Assembly (NCBI RefSeq): GCF_009834535.1
Contig: NC_045696.1
Span: 103,542,001-103,606,000, forward strand
Source: Camelus ferus
Taxonomy: Eukaryota
Direction of reading: 5' to 3'
Length of the DNA: 64,000 nt
Shown: one piece after another, positions 37,701-52,700 of the stretch
How the letters are laid out: each line of letters opens with the position of its first letter
Position numbering within the stretch: the stretch's first letter is position 1
The notes under the pieces: generated by a model
What the model saw: only the letters and a program-made list of their open reading frames with translations
Told to the model about the DNA's origin: nothing
Databases searched by the model: none
Program-made: the position numbers and the translations under genes

Positions 37701-40700
37701 ATGCCAGAAAGCAGTGGTGATGAAGCATGAGGCCAAGGGGGCCAAGGCCATAGGCCAAAGGCCACATTCCTGTGCAGCCGCTCAGCTTTACAAGGAAAGA
37801 AACAAAACGATCTGAGCCAGTCTAAACCCCTAACTGAGCCAACGTGGCATAAATGTGTGCCGTTGGAGAGGAAGGGAGCTTTCTGGCTTGTGATTGGCCT
37901 GGTACAACTTGCACCCCCATGGGAAAACAATCCAGATCTCTCTCCAACTGGTGGTAAGAGAGGTAACAATGTCATCTTGGCCCGTGAAAAAGAACCAGTC
38001 TGGAAAATGCTAGTCCAAGTCCCTCTCCAGAATTGAGCCCTCTAGTGAGTCACAGTGCCCTGTTAGAGGGTAGGGAAGCTGATGCTTGCTTCAGCGCAGG
38101 GATTTCCTGCTCCAGGCCTCTAACCAGAGTTCAAGCAGAACCAAATTCTTTTCTCTGGATGGAAGACAAATTCCTTGGAATAAGGGTGAGTCCATGCTCA
38201 GCCCCTGATAATACTTGATCCACCCCAGCTGTGTTTACTCCAACCTATTTTTGCCTAATTTTCCATTTCTTTACTTTAAAACAAAAATAAGCTCGTCAAC
38301 AATGACTACTTTAAAGTAACCCTCCTCTGTCTTGGAGAACTTAGCAGTGGTATAGCGATGCCAGTTGTACCTGAGGCAGGGTGATATACTGAAGTGAGCA
38401 GAATTTCCAGCTTTAAAACCTCTCTGAGAAATGCTGTGTGACTCCCCAGAAAGTCACTTCACTTCTCTGAACCTAAATGTCTTCATTGCTGCTGTAGAAA
38501 TCATAACACTCATCTCCTGGATGCATTGTGAAGATCCACTGGGAAGCATGGTGACACAGTGGTTGTAGAGGCATGTACTTCACAGCAGATTTTACTGTCC
38601 AGCTTTGTTTCTAGGTCTTGTAAGTCACTGAACCACTGGAATGGGTGCAGTCTAGTGGCGAACCTCCATGTGTAAGATGTCCCCCCTTCTGCCACTCCCC
38701 CTCTGGGGATCAGATACATGCTTCTGACAACTGCACACCTCTCCGGGGAGCCACACCGCAGATACAGTATGGACTTGCCTTACCGTGAGCTTCCTCTGAT
38801 TTTCTCTTTGGTTAATTGCCAAGATTCCCCAATTGTTTTTGATTGCAAAATCTTTTTTACCACCCTGATTGAACCAGCCGCTAGGTCCTGCCAGTTCTCC
38901 ATCCTAGGTTTATCTAGACTATCTTTCCACCTCTGCAGCCTAGGTTCTGCACTTCATCTTCTCCTGCCTGAACTACTGTTAAAGCCTCCATTGTCCAGAT
39001 GTCTGTCTCTCTAAAATATGCTCTGCAAAGTGGCCGAAGGTTCTTCTTAAAAATCCAGTTCTTATTATGTCACCGTCTTGCTTCAGAAGCATCGTGGCTC
39101 CGCCTTTGTGCACAGGAGAAATTCTCACTCCTTAACAGCATTCTTGGCTTTTGGCCATGTGCGTCCACTGGCCTTTCCAGTTATATCTCCAGCTCTCTCC
39201 CAGTGACCACTCTGAGGTGAATGTCCCACTTCCCATGTGCTGAACACTCCAGGCACTTTCACACCCTGAGCCTTTTCTCATGGGGCTCCCTTTGCCTAGA
39301 AGGCCCTCTCTTTCCCAGTTGATGAACCTCCTCTCATTCCTTCCAGAGAAAGCTCTATTTCCCATATGAGCCAGCTCCCAAAGGTTAAGTATGAATTTTC
39401 ATGGAAACAGAAGGTCCCCAGAGGGGTTCCTCATCTTCTCCCTCACTCTCTAGCCTCTTCTGAGACCAACCGGTGGGCATCACACATTCCGGTGGGCATT
39501 GGACTGTTTGGCTTCACCACTACTGAAATGTTCATCTGTGGATGCCAGGTCTCCGTAGGATCTTCTTCTTGAGATTGATTTATTAACTTGTAAAAACAGC
39601 TTCTTTCCATCCGTAAGGAGTATGCATGATTTCCTGTGTAATTACGAGAGGTTTATAAGCCAGAATATAAATTCTATTGATTGCAGGACTTAAGGAAGCA
39701 AAGTGCAGTTAGTGTTGGATGATTCACACCTTGGACCTTGGAACCTGTCCACGAAAGTTTCCATTGTTTAGCTATCGCTCAGGATAAAATCCCAAGTGAA
39801 ATAAGTTCAGGATTATAACTAATAACTTCTTGACTTGCAACTAATAAAACTATTTTGAAGATTACATTTTGACTTTTGAACTTGACTCTTGCCTTCCTTA
39901 ATGCCACTAAGCATTCCTATGGTCTGTGGTGATAATATGAGCAATAATGCCTTATTTGGGGACGTGAATTTGCCACCTGGGTGGCATTGGTACTGTAGTA
40001 AAGGTCTGATCCATCCCAAGCTTGGGGACTGATCATTTTATGGTTGGATTTTGCTCCCTGTATGTGTCTAAGTCACATGCTGGCATTCCCAGTTCTAAAT
40101 CCTTGAGGGTTATGACAGTACTGGAAACAATGGTATAGGATTTGGGCTGGGAAGCTGGAGCAGACCCAAGGGACAGGACACCCCTAAGTCCTTGCTAGGT
40201 TTTCCAAGAACTTTGGGGCCTTGAGGTGACATGGCAGGACTGGCTGAATGGGTGACAGAGAAGCTGTCCGCAGATGACTATTCCTGTTGACCTTTCAGTG
40301 ACTTTCAGTCTTCAGCTATCTTCTGGCTCTTTACGGACCTGACAAGCTTGTGACCAGGCACAGGCCAAGCCAGACATCACCCACGTGAGTGCTGGTCACC
40401 CCCGAGGCCCCGAGTCCACAGTTCCCACAGAGCCCCTGGTACAGAGCCATGGGGCTCAGAGGTGGGCCAGAGTGGGTCCAGAAGAGATAGAGAAGCTGGA
40501 ACAGAAATGGGTCTTGGGCCCTGTTTGTTGTGTGCTTTCCATGGCCAAGAAGAGGCACTTAGGAGCCTCACTCTGCTCTCTGATTTTCTTTACTCAGCAA
40601 AATAAATCAAGAGTAGGCAATCGGGTTTTCTTTCGGGTCCAAAGCAGTGGTTTTCAAAATGTGGACCCTGAACTAACAGCGTCAGCATCAGCAGGGAACT

Positions 40701-43700
40701 TAACAGACATACAAATTCTCCAGTCTTATCTCAGACCTGCTGATTCAGAACTTTGGAGGGCAGGGACCAGCGGTCTGTCTTAACGAGACTTCCATGTGCC
40801 TCTGATGCTTCTCAACTTTGAGAACCACTGATCTAATGAGTCTTCCTGTTCAGTGATGCTTTGAGGAACGACTGGCTTGAATAGACATCTACCTTCTGCA
40901 AGAATAGAAATGGAATACTTTGCCTCGTCCATCAACTTATAAGTGGCTGCTAAATGTAAAAATGTCCAGTTCTTGTAATCATGCATTTGGAAGGAATAAT
41001 AAGGGTGTCAGGCTTCTGAATGGGGGTTTTGACTCATACAGCATTGTAAGTTCAGCTCTCTAAGCAGCAGGCCCAGAACCTCTTGTCCACAAAGAGGAGA
41101 GAATAAAAATAGTTTGGCTGTTTCCAATTGGAACCAAATGGAAACCATCTGGACTCCTCACCCAGGAGGTTGATGTAAATCAGCTCAATCTGACCCTTTA
41201 TTTTGAAACAAGTAGAACTCTTCTATGAAGACCAAACTCATCTCCAGACAAATAAACACTGTGAAAATGATTATCCAATGTGGACAGCTGGTTTTTAATT
41301 TGCTGTGTGAACTCTGGATAGCATGAAAAGAAGCCATAAAGTAAATATATAGTAGACACATAGTTGTTTCTGTTGATTTGAGGCACAGGATTCCTTGTGA
41401 GACAAAAGACTTTAATGGGTCCCATTGTCTATTGGATTAAGTCCAAAATCTTGGCCTGATATGCAGTCTTCCTTAATATGTCCCACCCCTCATACTAGGT
41501 TCACCTTCCCACATCCTTTTGTTCTAGCTAAACTTGTAGGCTTGTAGCTTGCATTGTTTTTTTAATTAAAAAAATTTTTTTAATTTATTGAGGTAACACT
41601 GGTTATTATGTTTCATGTGTACAGTGTTATATTTCTACTTCTTTATACACTACAACATACGCACCACCAAAGATTTAGTTTCCATCCATCATGGTATAGT
41701 CGATCCCTTTTACCCATTTCACTTTCTCCACACTGCCCCTTCCCCTGTGGTTACCACTGCTCTATTCTCTGTGTTTAATATGTTTGTTTTTGTTTGGTAT
41801 AGTTTGTTCATGTTTTTTGTGTGGGGTTTTTTTGGATTTTTGTTTTGTTTTTATATTCCACATATGAGTGGAATGATATGGTATTTATTTTGCTTAGTAT
41901 AATAACCTCAGGATCCATCCATGTTGTTGCAAATGGCATTGTTTCGTTCTTTTTTATGGCTAATATTCCATTACATACATATGTGTGTGTATATATATGT
42001 ATGTTATATATACATATACCACAACTTCTGTTCATCCACTGATGCGCACTCAGGTTGTTTCCATATCTTGGCTATCATAAATAATGCTGCATTGAACATA
42101 GTGGTGCATATATCTTTTCAAATTAGTGTTTTCATATTCTTTGAATGAATACCCCGAAGTGGGATAACTGGATAATATGCTAGTTTTATTCTTAGTTTTT
42201 GAGGAATGTCCATACTGTTTTCCATAGTGGCTGCACCAATTTACATTCCCTCTGACAGTATTTGAGGGTTCCCTTTTCTTTACATCCTTATCAACACTCG
42301 TTATTTCTTGCCTTTTTGATAATAGCCATTCTAACAGGTGTGAGGTGATTTCTCATTGTGATTTTGATTTGCATTTTCTGAGTAATTAGTGAAGCTGAAC
42401 TAATTTTCATGCGCCTGTTGGCCATCTGTATGTCTTCTTTGGAAAAATGTCTACTCAGCTCCTCTGTGGTTTGCAACAGAGCTAGTATTTAAAAGCTGAA
42501 GGATGAATAATTGTATTGCTTTTTTCTTTTTCTTATTTTTTTTTTAACTTTTCCCTTAAATGAGCCACCTTTTATAAGGATTTAAAATCTCCAGGGTCTG
42601 CTTAAGGGTGGGGGTATGGGGGCTTGAGTGGGGAGTGGCACACAGGGGGAGTCATATTTGAGAAGGACCTCACATTCAGACTCTGGTGTCATCGTCTAAT
42701 GAGGTTATGTGTGCATTTCCTGTGATTTTATGTGTGTCAGAAGAGTTGGCCTGTTAAATGCAAGGACTTCAAATGTTATGCATTTAAAAACCTTTGCCAT
42801 TAATTAACTTAAAAAAATTTTAGCTCAGGTAGCTCAACAAATAGAAGTGGTCAGAGCCTCTCTCTGGGCTTTGAGAAGCCTTGAAGTTCCCAGATAGATT
42901 TTGTCCTTTTGGTCTTTATGCAATGCCAACTTGACTGCACAGCATGATACAGACACTCAGTCTTTGTCCTTGCTGCCACTTTCTGTAAAGTCCAGATGCA
43001 GAGTTAGAATTAGTGAGCCAGCAGTCCTCTCCCCTCAGGTGTCATCTGGCCCAGTGTAAGGACTGCCCTCTCTATGGCTACCTGTCTTGCAGACTCTAAT
43101 CATCCTCATCCTCACAGGAACCCAAACCAACTCCTCTGAAAGCATTCTTGGTTGAAAGCATTCCCAAATGGAAACTGTCTAAAACAAATGATAACCTAGC
43201 ATCCTCCCCTCCTCCCACATTCCTCCCCCTCCTTCCTCTCCCCCCCCCCCACCTCTTCTTTCCCCCTTTTAGTAAATTTTCCTAAATCTACTAGCACTAT
43301 CCAGTGGAAAGACTGTACTTACATCAGACAACAGAGCCGGAGTCTGATAAATTCTCACTTTATCTTTTCATGTGGCTTTTTAGCTTATAAAAGTTGTATC
43401 TTTCTAATTCACTGAGAATTCATACAAGAGATACAAGGATAATTCAAGGACAGAAAAAGACCACACAAGAACAGGTTAAAATTGAGGAAGAAAAAGGCCA
43501 ACAGGTAAAGAGCTTCATTATAAGGGCCTGTTGCCTTCTACAAACAAACAAACACAAGAAGTGGACTAAAACAGAACAGCACAAGTTTAGGTTGGCCTCC
43601 ACGTGGAGTTTCCCAAAGACTGTGCTCATGACACGCCCAGTGATGGGTCATCTTGTGCTGTCTCATTATAACTTCAAAATATTAAAGCTGGAGTAGAATT

Positions 43701-46700
43701 CAAGAAGGTGTGAGCACAAGGTCCTCAGAATAGGATGCTGAGACCAGGCATCGGGACAAGTGCTGGGAACAGAATCCTGGTTCCGTAACATTTAGCTGCA
43801 AACCTTTGCTACTTAGACAGCTTCTCACTTAGCTTAATCCTGCTCGGAGGTTATGGAGTTGGTGATTTCTTAAAATTCCCTCTCAATGACTCAATGTCTG
43901 CTTCTAAGTAGTGAGCATAGGACAAAAGCCTCCAGGCTGAATTTATCAGGTCCTGCTGGCTATTTATTGCAGAGATATTCCCATGCTTGTTTTTTTGGCC
44001 TTTTTGAATGTGCCAAAGACAAATTCCCCTGGCGGATATGGCTAAACTGTTCTGTATTGGGTTTATATGAAGCCATCAGACGCTTAGTCTTCTTTTTCTC
44101 CACTTGATTTTGGGGTAATTACTTTAGCAGGGGGAACACACAGTCTATGGAAGGAAGGAAGTGATTTACAAGATGAAGGAAGTGGGAGGAATAGTTGAAA
44201 CAACAACAAAAATACCCTTTTTTCTCTTTTTCTTCCCAGAAGTGGTTTTCACTGTTACAGCTCCAGATGGCTTTCTTATCTGGTTCAAAGCTGAACTTGC
44301 TCTCTGTCTGGCTGTATGGGGGAAAAAAAGATTAAAAAACAGCCAGTTCAAAGTTGCATGAGTGGGTTTTGGATGCACTTTGATATTGGTTATTGCCTTC
44401 ATCTTATGTGCACTTAGGACCGAGATATTTCTCATAAGAGAGAATTACCCACCCCGTTGACTTCACTTCAGTCTTTTTCACGTTTCTCCCCTCACAGGCT
44501 TGAGGAGAACATGCGACCAAGCAGGGCCCCAAGACTCGTCCTGCAGGGCCTTTTGTAAATTCTCCTTTGTTCCGCAGGTGCCCTCTATAAAAGCGGCTCC
44601 AGTATCAGGAATTAGTAAGGATGTAGCAGAGAGGAACACATTTTTGGCATGTTTAAAAACATGTTAGTATGTTACTGCTCTGCAGTCCTTCTGGACCCTT
44701 CTTTCCCTTTCTCTTGCACTCCATGTCCCATCCATCAGGAAATGGTGTAGATGTAGAACCTGACCTCTGCTACTGCCCTCATCCCACCTGGATTGACACC
44801 CCTCACCTCTCACCACCACCTCTCACCTGGATGACAGCAGCCTCCCCGTAGCCCTCCACCCCCACACAGACTGAGGGGTCCTTCTCAAACCTAAGACCCA
44901 ACTGAGTCCTGACCCCTCTGCTCCTTCCAGGCTAACAAGGCCCTCGGCCCCCTTACCCCTGTTACTGTCCAGGCACCTGCTCCTTGTGCACAGGCTTTGG
45001 GGCCTTGGTGCCAACTGTGCCCTCTGCCTGGAATGCTCCTTGTTTATCCACAAGCTCACTCCCTGATCTCCTGTGTCTGTTCACAAATGCCACCTTTTCA
45101 AGGAGGCCTACACTTAACCATCTATTTAAAATCACACCCTGAATTTATGTGCCTTTTGGCCCTATAATTCCACTTCTAAGAAATTTTAGTATCAGTATAC
45201 TGGCTCATGAAAGTGTGTGTGTGCATGTGCGCGCGCGCGTGTGTGTATGAACCCTAAAGTTAGCAAACAACAAAGCTATTTGGATTTGGGGAATAAAATA
45301 AAATAAAATAATACCGCAATCATCTTTTCCTTCCCCAGATTCCCACACTTGCTTATCTTGCTCAATTTCCCCCTTTTTTAATAGCAGTTATCACCTCCTA
45401 ATAAACTATAGCAGGTATAGATTTATTATGCCTTTTAAAAATTGTCTGACTCCCCCCACTCCACATGTACACACATGTACACACACCCACGAGCATACAG
45501 CGTTCCCAGCCCTCTCCTCAGGGGCAGGGATCTTTGCTTTATGCTCTAATGTTTGTAAGGAGAGACACAGGTGCACGCACACACACAATGAAAGAAGGAA
45601 GGAGGGAGGGTCATTACTAAGACTGTATTTTACACATTATAACAAGTAATTAAGAAAAACTTGTCATTGGATAGTGAGGCATCCGTGCCTCTTTGGTGGT
45701 TGGCAGCAGAAAGCAAGAAGAGGAAGTTACTAGAAGGCCTGGGAGTAGCTCACAGAACAGGAGAGAAGATCAAACATTTGGGCCTTACAAACCAGTGTCC
45801 TCAAAACATTTTTACTCTCATAACATCCTAGAGGAATATGGTAAAGCTATGTATAATCTTGTACATTTTTAGTTTGGTATCTAAACTTATACAACATAAG
45901 TTTTAAAATTTCAAAGGATGAAATTTCTAGCATATGGCAAATATTGATGTTTCAAAATAAAATCTGTTATACCATTCTCTTAAGTGTATCAGATGTAATC
46001 TAAATTCCAAGCACTCTGCTACCCACCATCATCCAGTTAGAAATCTCAGACAGCCCAAGACATGAGCAGTTCTTTTTGAGTGGCTGAAAATTTTACATGA
46101 TTCCATTTTTTCTTGTTTTTTTTTTTTTTATTGGTATTTCCATTCTACCAACTGTGCAGAATTTTATATTTGAAAGTCGTTTATTGGTCATCTTGTAATA
46201 CTTCTCTGTAATAAAAATGCTACATTTACAAATATTTAGATTTTAACAATTTCTTGAGATCATAAGCCTCTAAAGTATTAAAAATTCTTCCATAGTTATT
46301 AACCAATTTTAGAACTATGAAATTAATACAACATACATATTTTGTATATTTTGATAAATCCTAATTAAATACAAAAGTAAAATTTTATTGACCACCTCTC
46401 CCAAAGAGATGGGTGGTGCTGTTATATTTATTTGCCTTTGTAATTAGTTTATATATTCATGAAAGAATGTTACTGCTAAGCTGAGGCAGACTGCAGCATC
46501 AATGCTTTTCCTGGTTTTCATTGTTATTGTAACAGCTGAGAAATCTTGTTCACATAGATGGTAATGGAATAATAGGGTTGTCAGATTTAGCCTCCCTTGT
46601 CCCCCCAATACAGGACAACCAGTTCAATTTAAATGTCAGATAAACAAAGAATAATAATGTTTAAAGTGTATCACAAACATTACATGGAACATACTCATAA

Positions 46701-49700
46701 TAAATTGTTTTTCATCTAAAATCCAAATAAATCCTAGAAGGAGCTTTATCACAGCAGTATTATTCAATGCTTTAAACTCCTGAGTTATAAGCTAAAAATT
46801 ATATAGTGTTTGATCAAAAAAATCTTTTTAAGTGATCTGTCAGTGTCCTCCTTCAGTTGTGTTAAAAGCAAAGAGTGGAAGCCACCTGATGTGTAAAAAA
46901 TGAAATCATTGAATTATTAGAGTCATTCATTTTCTTAACACTTACATTCAATACTTTGAATTGTCACTTTGTTTTTGCATCCTAGGAGAAATATTCTGCT
47001 CAGATACTGGATGGGAGAGGAGTGTGTCTTTCTTTTGCCAAGTAGAATGATAATTGTGACCAAGGATATTAACCACAGTTACTGTGTCCTTATGGAAAGT
47101 GAGAATCTGGACATTTAAAAATACCACCCACAACCCCTCAAACACAGCCACTGAGAAGGCTGTGTGTACTCTGGGTCTCAGGGCATTTGGGCCGCTGTAA
47201 CAAAACACCACACACTGGGTGTCTTATAAACAACAAACATTACTCCTCACAGCTCTGGAGACTGGGAAGTCCAGGATCCAGGTGCCAGCAGATTCAGAGT
47301 CCGATGACAGCCCGCTTCCTTGTTCACACATGGTTGTCTTCTTGCTATAAGCTCATGTGGCAGGAGGGGTGAGGAAACACTCTGGGGTCTCTTTTGTAAG
47401 GGCACTAATCCCATTCAGGATGGCTTGACCTTCATGACCTAATCACCTCTCAAAGGTCCTACCTCCTAATATCGTCACCTCAGGGAGTAGGACTTCAACC
47501 TGTGAATTCTGGGGGGACACAAACATTCAGTCCATAACAGTAATGTACATGCCAGCCCAGAGTAAAAGTGCTTCTGTTTCAGAACTAGATTGCCCTCTGC
47601 TCAGGCAGTTTTCCTGCCTTCATTTCACTTTTTTTTTTTTTTTTTTTTTTGCCAGCAGGATTGGCCATAAATGAAAAAAGAGGCATATGTGGCAATAAAA
47701 ATGATTGTGGTATCTTACCAGCCACAGGTGGGTGTGGGACCCGAGTCCTCTCAAATGTGATCCTTGAACCAAGGAATCTGGCACCCTCCTCCAGCAACCT
47801 CGTGCATCCTGTGAGACTCCTGGAGCTGCCCTTGTCCCTGCCCTTTGCAAACCTGTCTTGCAACAAACTGGGTTGAACCCCCAGTATGGCTGTATTTGGA
47901 GATGAGGCCTCTGCAGAGGTAACTGAGGTAAATGAGGTCACAGCAGTGGGCCCTGATCAGATAGGATCAGTGTTCTTACTAGACACCAGAGAGCTTGCTC
48001 TATCTTGCGTGCAACACATAGAAAAGACCACATGAGGACACAGTTAAAGGGTAGCCATCAGCTAGCCAGGAAGAGAGCCCGTACCACGAACCAGAGCAGC
48101 TAGCATTTGATCTGGGACTTCTGGCCTCCAAACTTCCAGAAAATAAACCTGTTGTTTAAGCCCCCCCAGCCTGCGGTGTTCTGTTTTGGCAGCCTGCGCA
48201 GACTAATAAAGTTAACCAGAAGAGTGCAGAGTAGCTAAAATGCACCAGCTGAACTGGATAGAGATCAAGGTTGATGTGAATGAACGTGAATGTTAGAGAC
48301 TGTCACAGTTAGCCTCAGGGGAGGAAGAGCCTAGAAAGGTACTTGTTAAGTGGGTTTTGTTGTACTGCTGAGATCTGAGTGATGAGAGCAACTTAAAAGT
48401 GGTTCTGTATGCTGAGCACTGACCGCAGGGCCCGGCCCGGCTGGGGTAGTTTCCACCCTGTTCAGGGCTGCTTGTGAAGGATGGAAGGAAAGACAGGGCA
48501 GGCCTCTCGGCAGTCAGCTCTGACCCTGGCTTTTTTGGCGCTCTAGGAAAACAAATCCAGAACCCTTAAGATTAAGCCTTAATGGCCTTTTCAGCAGAAA
48601 CCACTTGGAACAACCAGAATAAGAGAGCTCCACGTTTCTTCCTTACATCCTTGTCATTTCTTACCTTTCCAATCCCACACCTCTCACACCTGTCCCTGCC
48701 TGCCACACTCCGGTCCTTGGAGATGGTACTTTCACATTTCCAATTATTTTTTTGAAAATCATAGATTCACTTATTTAGATCTGAACTTTATAGTACAGGA
48801 CTTTATAAATGGGACTATGGCTTTTTATAGGAATGTTGGTAAATATAGCAGAGGGAAAATAATATTTGATGACAGACATCCCTTCCCAGCTTCCTTTTAT
48901 ATATTTATTGTGTTGACTTGAATTATCAAATTCAACAAATAACCTATATAATTCTGATACTGTGCAAGTTCCTAAATGAGGGATAACTCTTGTATTTAAT
49001 GAATCTCTGTTAATTATAAATTCTTCGCATTCATTTCCACAAAGGAGCTTTGACTTCAGCTTTTTTAAAAAAAAAAATAAGGCACGTTGGTATATAATTA
49101 TATTTCAGTAACTTTCACTGAGATATAATTGACATAAACATTATACTAGCTTCAGGTGTATCACATAATGATTCGATATTTGTATGTATTGTGATCTGAC
49201 AACTACAATAAGTCCAGTTAACATCCATCACCACATAGCCACAAATATTTTTTCTTGTGATGAGAACTTTTAATATCTACTCAGCAGCTTTCAAATATGC
49301 AATACAGTATTGTTAACTGTAGTCACCATGTTGTACACTAGACTTCAGTTCTTTATCTTCATTTTTTTCCCAGCAGTTAGAGTAACTGTGTTCCCTAACA
49401 TGCTTCAAGATTTTCCTCTCCTAGGAAAAGGTGGTTGCTGTAACAATAATGATGAAGGTGCTGATGATAATACACCCCTCAAGTACTTATTGTGTGTAAG
49501 GCACCATGCTGACTACTTTACATCATTTAGTCCTCACTCAACGCCAGGGGCTAGTTATCATTTTGTTTATTTTGTAGCTGAAGAAGCTGAAGTTAGATCA
49601 GTTTGATAATTTGCCCAAAGTCATGAACAGCTGGAGAAGGATTTGAACCTAGGTCTGACTCTAAGTCTGTGCTATGAGCCACTTGCTATGGTTTACTGTA

Positions 49701-52700
49701 ACCAGTGATTAAAAGCAGTCAGCTTTAAAATGCATCATGAGTATGTGTACTTGGGATCTATTAAACAAATGGTAAGCCTTTTATAGGGAAGTAAGCAGCT
49801 GTTGTTCTCATCTGTCCTGCATCTGTCTTCCTCATCTGTCTACTTCTCTGAAGGGACTGCGCCTTCCCTGATGCAAGTTGTGTGATTCTGGTGGGGTTGC
49901 CCATTGCAGTGTCTGGCCCCTCCCTCAATGGACTGTTTGATCACAAACTTACTGCTTAAAACAGTACAAGGTTATTGTCTTACAGTTCTGGGAGTCAGAA
50001 GTCCAATGGGTCTTATGGACAAAGGTCTGGGCATTGGCAGAGCTGCATTCCTTTTGGAGGCTCTGGGGAAGAATTCGTTTCCTTGACCTTTCCAGCTCCA
50101 ACCTACATTCCTTGGCTCATGGCCCCTTCCTCACTTCACTCCAACCTTTCCTTCCATTGTGACATCTCCCTCTCTCTGACTCTGGCCCACTTGCCTTCTT
50201 ATAATGATCCTTTTATTATGTGAGGTAACATAGTTACCAGTTCTGAAGATTGGGACAAAGACATCTTTGGGGTTCTGTCATTCTGCTCCCATACATTCTC
50301 AGGAAGAAGAGTCTCCATGGATCACTGGGAAGGTCACTTTTAATTGCAAAGCAAATTCTTCTTCTTTTAGGTGGCACCAACAGAGTTTAGGGCGAAGTTC
50401 CCCATTGCTTACCTTGGAACGGCTGAGGGGGATTCCTGGTGTCTGGTGGGGCAGTGGCTGGCTGGTCCTTCCCCTGCATCTCTACATACTCCGCTATGGG
50501 CCTGAGGAGCCCCAGAGCTCCAGAACATTGCAGGTAATTGCCATCCAGGTGCAGCTCACTGGGGAAGGGACAAAATACACTGTTCATTTGATCTTATTTC
50601 CACTTTCTCAAATTTGGAATTGAGGTCTTCACCTCATAAAATAATAGACCTAGTTATAAAATAATAAATAACCATAATAAATAATAGACTGTGTCAGAAA
50701 AATAGAACGAGTGACCATGTCAGCTGGCCAAAAACGTGCATTTAGGACAACATCCTTGATTTGCAAGCGTAACTAAAGGATCTTTCTCTTATAATAAAGA
50801 AAAACAAAAATAACTACAGGGGGAAAAGATGATTCAAAACATAGTGAAAAATCAAGGGGACCCATGGTCTAGTAGGCTGTGTGCATAACTGGCTACATGA
50901 TTCAAGACAGAATGGTGTGGAGATGTGGGGGTGGCGGGGAGTGGGCCTCCTCACCGGACCGCACTCTGGCACATGGCAGAGCCCAGCCTTGGCCCACTCT
51001 GCGGCCCCAGGCCACAGAAGCGCAGGCTGAGGTCTCGAAGCCTCTGGTTGTTCTCCAGGCCTGAGAAAATACTCTCAATTTCTTCATTTCCAAATCTGAA
51101 AAGAAATGATAGGAGCAAATAAGTAACTTTTAAAACCACGTCACCCATTGGATTATTAATTTTAAGACACTACCCAGGGAAGTTAGAGGCACTCTTGCTG
51201 GTCCTAGGGCCAGGGCTGGCTGTGGGGGTGGGCGGGGATGGTGGAAGTGGGCAGCCTGGGAGTGGAGGAGTAAATTTGCAAAGTGAAATCACACCCATCG
51301 TCTCATTCATGCCAGCAGCAGCCTCTGGTGGTAGGTAGGTGTTAGGTCAGAAGCCGAGGGCCAGTGAGGTAAAGGGCATCTTTAGGGAATTTGGAATGTC
51401 AAGGCTTGAACTTTAAAGTGAGGTGAGTAGAATTAATAGAAATAACTTAAAATTTATTAATTCATTCAACAAGTAATTATTGAGGGCCAGCTACCGTGAT
51501 GGCTGTGGGGATGCAACCGTGTATGAGAAAAGGGGCACCCTACCCACTGAACTTCACAGCCTATCAGGGAAGACAGTGAGGGAAGAACTCCAGTCCCCCA
51601 GAGGCTGGTAACCTACAGTCTGACCAGTGCTGAGGTCTCAGTGGTGATTCCCAGCTCCCACACCCTGACAACTCCAGGCATCTTAGCAGCCACAGGATTT
51701 CAGCTGTCAATTAAAATAAGCTGTTTCCTTGAGATGGGAGTTCCTTCATTCTTCCCACAGTGCATGTCTCTGGGTCCAGCACAGGAGCTGGAGTCTAGAG
51801 GGATCTCTTAGCAGTGGGGCTGTTTCTGCCTGGTCCAATAGGGGAGCTAGGGAGACTCCGTGGCAGATTGTGCACTCATGGTGTGGTGTCCCGGGGACCC
51901 TAATCCTTCTGCTGCCCTGTGTTAGGAGGCCGTGGCTAAAGCTCCTCCCAGCATTTCAGAAACCTGGAGGACCTCCACAGAATATTCACTCTCCCCAGCT
52001 TTTGCTGATGGACTTGTCCCATGTCACCACCAGGGCCCTAGTAAGACCCTAGTCCTTTTATGGGGCCTGTGTGTCACTGTGGTACCACTTCTCAGGCATG
52101 ACTCATCTCACTTCACAGTCCACTGGCCTTTTGAGTACAAGGTACCACTTGGCTCTATGGGAAGAGTCATGGAATCACAGACGTGGGAAGTGGAAGAGAT
52201 CATCTCAGTATAGGTCAGAGAGTTTGCATGACCTACCCCAGATCACACAAGCAGTTTGCAATTATTTATGGATGGTAAATTATAGACCCCAGCAATCTAC
52301 TATCATGGGTCAGAGGAGGGCTCTGATTCAGGCAGCTGGATTCACATCTAGGTTCCAACCCCATGAGCTGAATGACCTTGAACAAGCCAATTAATCCCCC
52401 TAAATTTTTCCTCACCTATACTCAAGGGATAAAAATGGTATGTATCTATCATTATGTATCATACATCTATATGTAATGATACATATCTATCTACTGTTGA
52501 AAGAATAAATGAGAAAAATCCATGCACTGCTTGGCACACAGTAAGCTCTCAGTAACCATTAGCTGATACTATTATTATTATCATCACTACCCCTGACCTC
52601 CCCTGCCCGGTCCTCTGAAGGTCTTGCTTTGCTCCTCTGTAGCATCATACCTTTCCTCTCCTCCCCTGGTGAATATTGACCCATCACCTAAGGAATTCTG

